Shown here: positions 58,360-64,000 of the stretch, one piece after another | Numbering within the stretch: the first letter of the stretch is position 1 | Layout: every line of letters begins with the position of its first letter | From: Salisapilia sapeloensis CBS 127946 | Taxonomy: Eukaryota > Protista > Oomycota | Direction: 5' to 3' | DNA: 64,000 bases | Assembly: GCA_023334545.1 (NCBI GenBank) | Contig: JAADVB010000007.1 | Coordinates: forward strand, 1 to 64,000 | Notes under the pieces: generated by a model | The model's database searches: none | What the model saw: the letters and a program-made list of their open reading frames with translations, nothing else | Told to the model about the DNA's origin: nothing | Position numbers and translations under genes: made by a program

Positions 58360-60573
58360 TCACAGGCCCAAGATGTCATCTTCCAGATCATCCAACTACA
58401 CACCACCATTAGTTTCTATCTAGAACACATTACAAATCACTCTTACATCCTGCTCTTCCTCCACCGTCTTCCTCCTTTTCGCCAAGACATCTCGTACGTC
58501 CGTCGACTCCAACTTCCTCTTCTGCTCCTGCTTTAAATCCTCTTCTTCTGCCTCCTCTTCCATTGCCAAGAGTCTCGACAATGCATCATCCACATCCTTC
58601 ACCTCCTCCTTCTTCTCCTCCACCTCTCTCTTCTTCTCCTGCTTATCCACCTTCACCTCTCTCTTCGACTTAATCTGCGCTATCCTCGACACAAAGTCAA
58701 TCGCTCCGCCACTCGCAACCGTCCCCTTCTTCTCTACATCCAACGCCATCGGTCGACGCTTCACTGGTCGCTTCTGACCTCCTGCACCACTACTCCGCGC
58801 TCGTACCAACACTTTCTTCTCCCGTGGTTCCTCCGACACGGCAAAGCTCACATTCCTCTTCGGCTTTTGCGTCACTTGCTCAGAGCTCTTCAAGATAGAT
58901 GAAGGAGGTGTTGTCTCCTTTGACGCAGAAGGTTCTTCCTTCGGTGCAGGAGGTTCCTCCTTTGATGCAGGAGGTTCCTCCTTTGACGCAGGAGGTTCCC
59001 CCTTTGATGCAGGAGGTTCCTTGGGTTCCGTTGCAACCTTTTTGACGTTCCATTGATCTGCCAAGAAGAGACTTTCGTCTGCTTTCTCCCAGATCCGAGC
59101 AGACTTGAGAAGCCACTCGGGCGTCACGACATAGACACCGGCCATCGCTTTCACCTTTACATGCTTCTGTGTACCTAATCGACCAGGATGAATGACGAGG
59201 TGGGTGATAGGAAAGTCTTGCAGTGTCATGCTGGGCGAAGCGCCCAGATCTAGAGCGAGTCGCCAGAGGTAGTGGTCTTGAGGACCTCGTTGGTCTCCAA
59301 TAGGAAAAACACCACTAAAGACGAGATGGCAGTTCGCCAAGATCGTCTTCTTGAACTCTAACAGGATAGACTTGACGTCTCGACCTTGACCTGCTATTTG
59401 CTTTTCAAACGTTAATTCGTCGTCAGAGACGTCGTAGAAGGACGTATGGACACGTTCCAAGACGCTCTTGGCTTTACTCAAGTGTCTATCCTGACTCTCC
59501 TCTGTCTCTTGACTCGATCCGTTCGCTTCAAGAGATCCACCAGACGCATTGTTTAGCTCGTTCGTGACATGGAAATAGTGATACGGTTCAATGAGAAAGA
59601 CATTCTTTTCATTCTCTTTCCACACGTCCATCCGGTCGTCGACGATCAGGATCATCGAGTCATCACAGGATGGGAAGAGGAGTTTCAAAGACTTGTGCTG
59701 CATCTCTGGTGTATCGGTACGAGACACGATACGTCGTTGGAAGATCGTATCGTACGGATCAATCAGTTTGGCTATCTCCTCTGCGTACGTACGTGTTCCG
59801 TGTGTGTAAATGAACAAATCGTATTGAATACTCAAGTCTTGTAGAAAGTCATGCAAGCCAGGTCGAAGCTTTACGACATGTTGCTGCTTGGAGAAACCTG
59901 GTAGATAAAAGTAATGCATATCATCTATCCAGTATTTAGTATATGCTTCTACGTAGGAAAGAAGAGCCCAGTCTACCTGTTTCTTGGATCGTACCAACGA
60001 TATCATCCACACGGACGGCATGAAGTAAAGTGTGGTCTAAGTCTAGTACAAGGGATAGTTTCTTGGACACTAGCTGCCGTTGGATCGTTTCCGTATCCAA
60101 TTGCTCTACCCAAATGCTGTCAGGAGATGCTATGCTTTCTACATAAGAAACTACTTACTAGCTGTTTGAACGTTCATGGTCAGACGTTGACCGTGGGATA
60201 CGACATTAACAGACTGCCGTTCTCCGTATAAATCTTCCTGACTCTCATCCACCACGGCTAAGCACATCATACACGTTCGACCGCTCACGAGTGGATGGAT
60301 GCAGTACTCGACGTACCCGACTGCATCCAATAAAGTTCCTTCCTGGTCATTACCCACCATTTCCGGGGATGTGTTCATATACAGCTTGCCTGTGCATGGA
60401 GCTGCTACATGGCGTAGCGTACCATCATCCAGTTTTCCGTACGTTGCGACCCATTGACCAGCATCCACTTGTGCGCCACTCTCAGCCGTCCAGGCAATGG
60501 AAGCTGCAAGAGCGTGTGGACAGACGACGTCTCTACGACGTAAATGGTCCTCTGCTCCTGGTTTACTCTCCAT
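58360..60573 (-). CDS. FCP1: RNA polymerase II CTD phosphatase FCP1/CTDP1 (multi-exon)
   Basis: N-terminal barrel-sandwich-like region and CIHP....RTCMMC, catalytic VLDLDHTLLHA (DxDxT), VKLRPGL, YTHGTRTYA, ILIVDDRMDVW, a BRCT domain (CHLVFSGVFP...THLV...VTPEWL), and a short last exon LDDLEDDILGL*. Confidence 0.9.
58901..59028 (-). repeat. 21-bp coding minisatellite (about 5-6 copies; EPPASKE)
   Basis: + strand unit tttga(t/c)gcaggaggttcc(t/c)cc repeated with small variations; encodes PKEPPASKGEPPASKEEPPASKEEPPAPKEEPSASKE. Confidence 0.9.
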
Positions 60574-60887
60574 ATCCTTCTCGCCTCGACGTCGATGGAG
60601 AAACCTCCACCAGCTTCTGTGTGCGGCTTAAGGTGTCAAAAACTCAGATAAAAAGCATCCTTTCCACCAGATTAAGTGACGCTACGTTTGTCTAAAATAA
60701 TACGGATCGCTGTGTGTGTTATTGATCTTGTTTAAAGTATGCTAGAATTTCCAATGGACACAATTCACGCACGAATTCCATCATTGTATCAGTGACCTGT
60801 CGACGAGGTACAGAGGACACTTTTACGCATTTACTAGTGCTTTTTGTGACATTGCAAGTACGTCAGTATTTAGACAAGTAGCTTAAC

Positions 60888-62441
60888 ATGTCATTGTCAA
60901 GGACAAAAGCCTCGGAAACGGAGTTTCGAAGACTCCAGCTCAAGCAGTTCCCGTCGACGGTCCAACAGCCAACGCCGGAAGCGACGTATTGGCAAAAATT
61001 CCGCACTTCGACGGACTTGTCGCTTGTCGGATCGATCACAGACATTGATGTCAACCCTGCTAACCCACAAGATGTCGCTGTCACTGCTTCGACGCGCGTT
61101 AGCATCGTGAATACCCAGACAGGCAAAGTGACCAAGGCCATGAGTCGCTTCCGAGACATTGCTTACTCTGGTCGGTATCGTTCAGACGGTAAGCTTCTAG
61201 TTGCAGGCGGCAAGAACCCGGTCGTACAGGTCATGGATGTGGCTTCCAACGCAGTGTTGCGTGGGTTCCGAGGCCACTCGGCTGCTGTGCGAGCCACTGC
61301 CTTCAGCGCCGACAACATCCACGTTGTGTCCGGGTCAGACGATAAGACCGCTCGATACTGGGATTTGGCTACAGGCAAGCCAGTTGCTCTCCTCGCCGGC
61401 CACAAAGATTACGTTCGAGACGTGAGTACTAGCGCGTCTTCACCGCATCTGTGGGCGACGTCCTCGTACGACCACACGGTCAAACTGTGGGACCTCCGTT
61501 CTGCCTCTGAGAATGGAACGACGAAGGCGACATTCAGCCTCGACCACGGAGCTCCAGTCGAAAGCTCGCTCATTACGCCAGGTGGAGCTCTACTCTTGTC
61601 TGCAGGCGACAACGTCGTCAAAGTGTGGGACTTGCTCTCCGGTGGTCGTCTTCTGCATGAGTTTAGTAACCATCAAAAGACGATTACAAAGATTGCACTG
61701 GATGGCACCGGCTCGAGACTCTTGTCTAGCTCCTTGGACGGCCATGTCAAGGTGTACGACCTCCAGACATACGAAGTCGTGCATGGCTTCAAGACCGATG
61801 GAGCCGTTTTGTCTTTCGGCATCACGCCAAGTAACTCGCATGTGTTCTTTGGTGGTCTGGATGGAAAGCTCGGTGTTCGACACCGATCCGTTCGGAAAGC
61901 CGAGCTGCAGCAACAGCAAGCACGCCGTACGATGGCTAGAGCTGGGACGTACCAGTACTTTATTCGCGGTAAGAATGCTAAGCCTTCCACGAATGACTTC
62001 ACGATCGCCACTTCCCGCCACAAAAGACTGCAGCCGTACGACCGTGCTCTACGTAAGTTTGACTACAAGAAGGCTTTGAACGAAGCCTTGGCCACACGCT
62101 CGCCTGTGGTCGTTGCGAGTATGCTGGAAGAGCTTCGCCTTCGCGTCGGACTGAAGCGAGCGTTGGCTGGACGAAGTGAAGAGTCGTTGGAACCGCTCTT
62201 ATCGTTCCTCTTGCGATACGTGACGGACCCCAAGTACGCTTCACTACTTATTCCAGTATGCTCGATGGTCGTGGACTTGTACGCGTCGAAGTTGAGCCAG
62301 AGCGTGCTGCTAGATCAGCTCTTTGTGAAGCTTTCGGATAAGGTGACGGAGGAACTAAAGACGCATCGGGATATTCAGGACGTCGTTGGGATGCTGGACA
62401 CAGTCATGGCTGCCCAGGCCAATAGTATAGGGAATGAATGA
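60888..62441 (+). CDS. UTP15: U3 snoRNA-associated protein 15 (WD40 + UTP15 C-terminal domain)
   Basis: Intronless. WD40 repeats (GHSAAV...WD, GHKDYVR, SYDHTVKLWD, NHQKTIT), SRFRDIAYSGRYRSDGKLL, and C-terminal YDRALRKFDYKKAL...LKRALAGR. Confidence 0.92.
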   Translation: MSLSRTKASETEFRRLQLKQFPSTVQQPTPEATYWQKFRTSTDLSLVGSITDIDVNPANPQDVAVTASTRVSIVNTQTGKVTKAMSRFRDIAYSGRYRSDGKLLVAGGKNPVVQVMDVASNAVLRGFRGHSAAVRATAFSADNIHVVSGSDDKTARYWDLATGKPVALLAGHKDYVRDVSTSASSPHLWATSSYDHTVKLWDLRSASENGTTKATFSLDHGAPVESSLITPGGALLLSAGDNVVKVWDLLSGGRLLHEFSNHQKTITKIALDGTGSRLLSSSLDGHVKVYDLQTYEVVHGFKTDGAVLSFGITPSNSHVFFGGLDGKLGVRHRSVRKAELQQQQARRTMARAGTYQYFIRGKNAKPSTNDFTIATSRHKRLQPYDRALRKFDYKKALNEALATRSPVVVASMLEELRLRVGLKRALAGRSEESLEPLLSFLLRYVTDPKYASLLIPVCSMVVDLYASKLSQSVLLDQLFVKLSDKVTEELKTHRDIQDVVGMLDTVMAAQANSIGNE

Positions 62442-62490
62442 TGCATTTGGACAAGTGTACTAAAACGGAGTTGTTCTCTTCTTTGGAGTT

Positions 62491-63301
62491 TTAACGAGAT
62501 AGCGTCTGAACCACCTGCATAATGTCTTCCACAGCAAAACTCTCCTGGACCTTGCCCGGGCGCGACTGGTTGTCCTCGTTCGAAGGGATCTGAGCCTTGC
62601 CGTCGACCACCTCCCAGCCTTCCTCTATACGCGTAGGAGTGAGTGCATGTCGTTTGAAATGTAAGGAGGACGTATATACTTTGAATGGCATCCTGGGTCT
62701 CTTTGTCCGACAAGCTCAGCTTGGAAGAGACCACGGACGTGGAGATGACGCTATGGCTACGAGCAATCGTCTGCATCATAAAGGCACGAACGGCGTCTTC
62801 AAAGCCTGGAACGTGCTTCTTGGCGAACGACAAATCTTCCTTCCACAAGTCCTAAGGAGAAAGCTGTTCAGATACATGCAACCTAGTGTGATATAGGAGT
62901 TTCCGTACGTCGAAGAGACAGCTCTGGAGCTTGAATCCGGCAGAAAGCGTGCTTTTGACGCTCTCGTCCTCTTTCAGTGACTCTGGGACCATGGCGGCCG
63001 CACCGATAAAGGCTGAGGACGGTAGAGCAGTCACCAACTTTGCCAAGACCTTGGCGACCTTCTCACCACTGATGTGACCAGGGAAGATCGAGTATAAGCG
63101 CAGAAGGGCCAAGTTGGCTTCAATATCAACGCTCTGGTCGTTCAACTGGTCCGCGAGGTACTGCTCAAACGACTCGATGTGTGCCTTGTCATACACTTGA
63201 GCATTGTCACGAGCCTCGAGGAGCTTCTTTTGACTAGGGGAGGCACTGGAAGCCTCCACGCTCGTGTAGCTGATGAGCTTTGGTGCTGAGAACGCCGTCA
63301 T
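62491..63301 (-). CDS. EIF3K: Translation initiation factor eIF3 subunit K (3 exons)
   Basis: YLADQL...DIEANLALLRLY..FP, AGFKLQSCLFD|..W, VPGFEDAVRAFMMQTIARSHSVI, EEGWEV, and a C-terminal E....VEDI. Confidence 0.85.
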
Positions 63302-63676
63302 CAGTCCGAAATGCTTGGATGCTATTTCTTGTCCAGCCAACGGTGTTGTCCGGAGAAATCTGATAAACCCGTCATTTACCATCTTTTCAACCGTTAAGAC
63401 CGATCATAGGTTTTAGAAATGCATCTTGCACGTGATAATTACTTCGATGGTAATCTTCCTTGATATGTAGGTATATCTACATAGTCATGAGGACATAAAT
63501 GTACTTCTCGTAAAAATGATAGATGTCTTTTGTTCATGGAAATGTCGGTGGTACTCGTTTTGAAATGTTGTGAAAACTGAAGGACGTTCGTAACATGCTG
63601 ACACCTCCACCTGACGAATATCGAAAGTTTTCACGACTGGAGACTCGTCGTGATGGCTCTCCGATTGCCAATCTCG

Positions 63677-64000
63677 ATGCTATGGGCAATTTTGCTATCT
63701 ATCTTCCTCATCTCCAGCAATGTGTCTAGTACACTCGTCACAGGACCCGATGACCTCGTCACAGTCCATGTACATCCTCTCCCACGATTCTCATGCCCAC
63801 CACTAGCATACTAACTGCATGTGATGCTAGACTCCGAATGTCATCCTAGACCAAGTTCCTTTCAGCATCCGGATCCAAATGCATGAACTCAAGAATGGTA
63901 CATCTTTATTACTTTGTTATGTACCTTGTTATCAGACATTGACTCCGGCGTGCTGTTATCAGGTATTGTCTACCCCCGTGTACTCGCTTATGAGATCTCG
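63677..64000 (+). CDS. 5' part of a signal-peptide-bearing protein, truncated by the window end
   Basis: MLWAILLSIFLISSNVSS-TLV (signal-peptide-like), GT-AG introns, and exon TPNVILDQVPFSIRIQMH. Confidence 0.4.

Noticed and set aside
1-64000. tRNA, rRNA, CRISPR arrays, intact transposons or prophage
   Set aside because: No cloverleaf or rRNA-like tract, direct-repeat/spacer array, transposase/RT/integrase ORF, LTR pair or TIR pair was recognised by eye.

Overview
Gene-dense eukaryotic nuclear DNA with many short GT-AG introns (mostly about 45-70 nt, up to about 120 nt). The gene content (START-like+FYVE protein, WRKY19-like GGG-repeat zinc-finger protein, BT1 transporter, INR+FPR-like core promoter motifs) points to an oomycete or close stramenopile; the species cannot be named from the sequence. 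I reconstructed about 30 protein-coding genes by hand-splicing the ORF track. Most are housekeeping or signalling genes (AATF, Ras, Ttd14-like, CID protein, PTPDC1, mARC/MOSC, SDE2, FCP1, UTP15, eIF3k), arranged largely as alternating head-to-head and tail-to-tail pairs with very short spacers. No rRNA, tRNA, CRISPR array or intact mobile element was recognised. The main points of interest are: (1) a receiver domain-NEK kinase-DEP-DUF547 fusion with an intact phospho-Asp site; (2) an intronless fungal-type O-methyltransferase with a host-type core promoter next to a 4-kb gene-poor tract, a candidate horizontal acquisition; (3) a TenA-linker-ThiD thiamine-salvage fusion in the reverse order to yeast THI20; (4) a MYND-finger protein with three WASHC3/CCDC53-like motifs; (5) an SDE2 carrying an odd CCCH finger and a SPRY domain; (6) a CPBP/Rce1-family membrane protein with a degenerate catalytic motif. 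Exon boundaries and family calls come from reading motifs by eye. No database searches were run, and coordinates of multi-exon genes are approximate.
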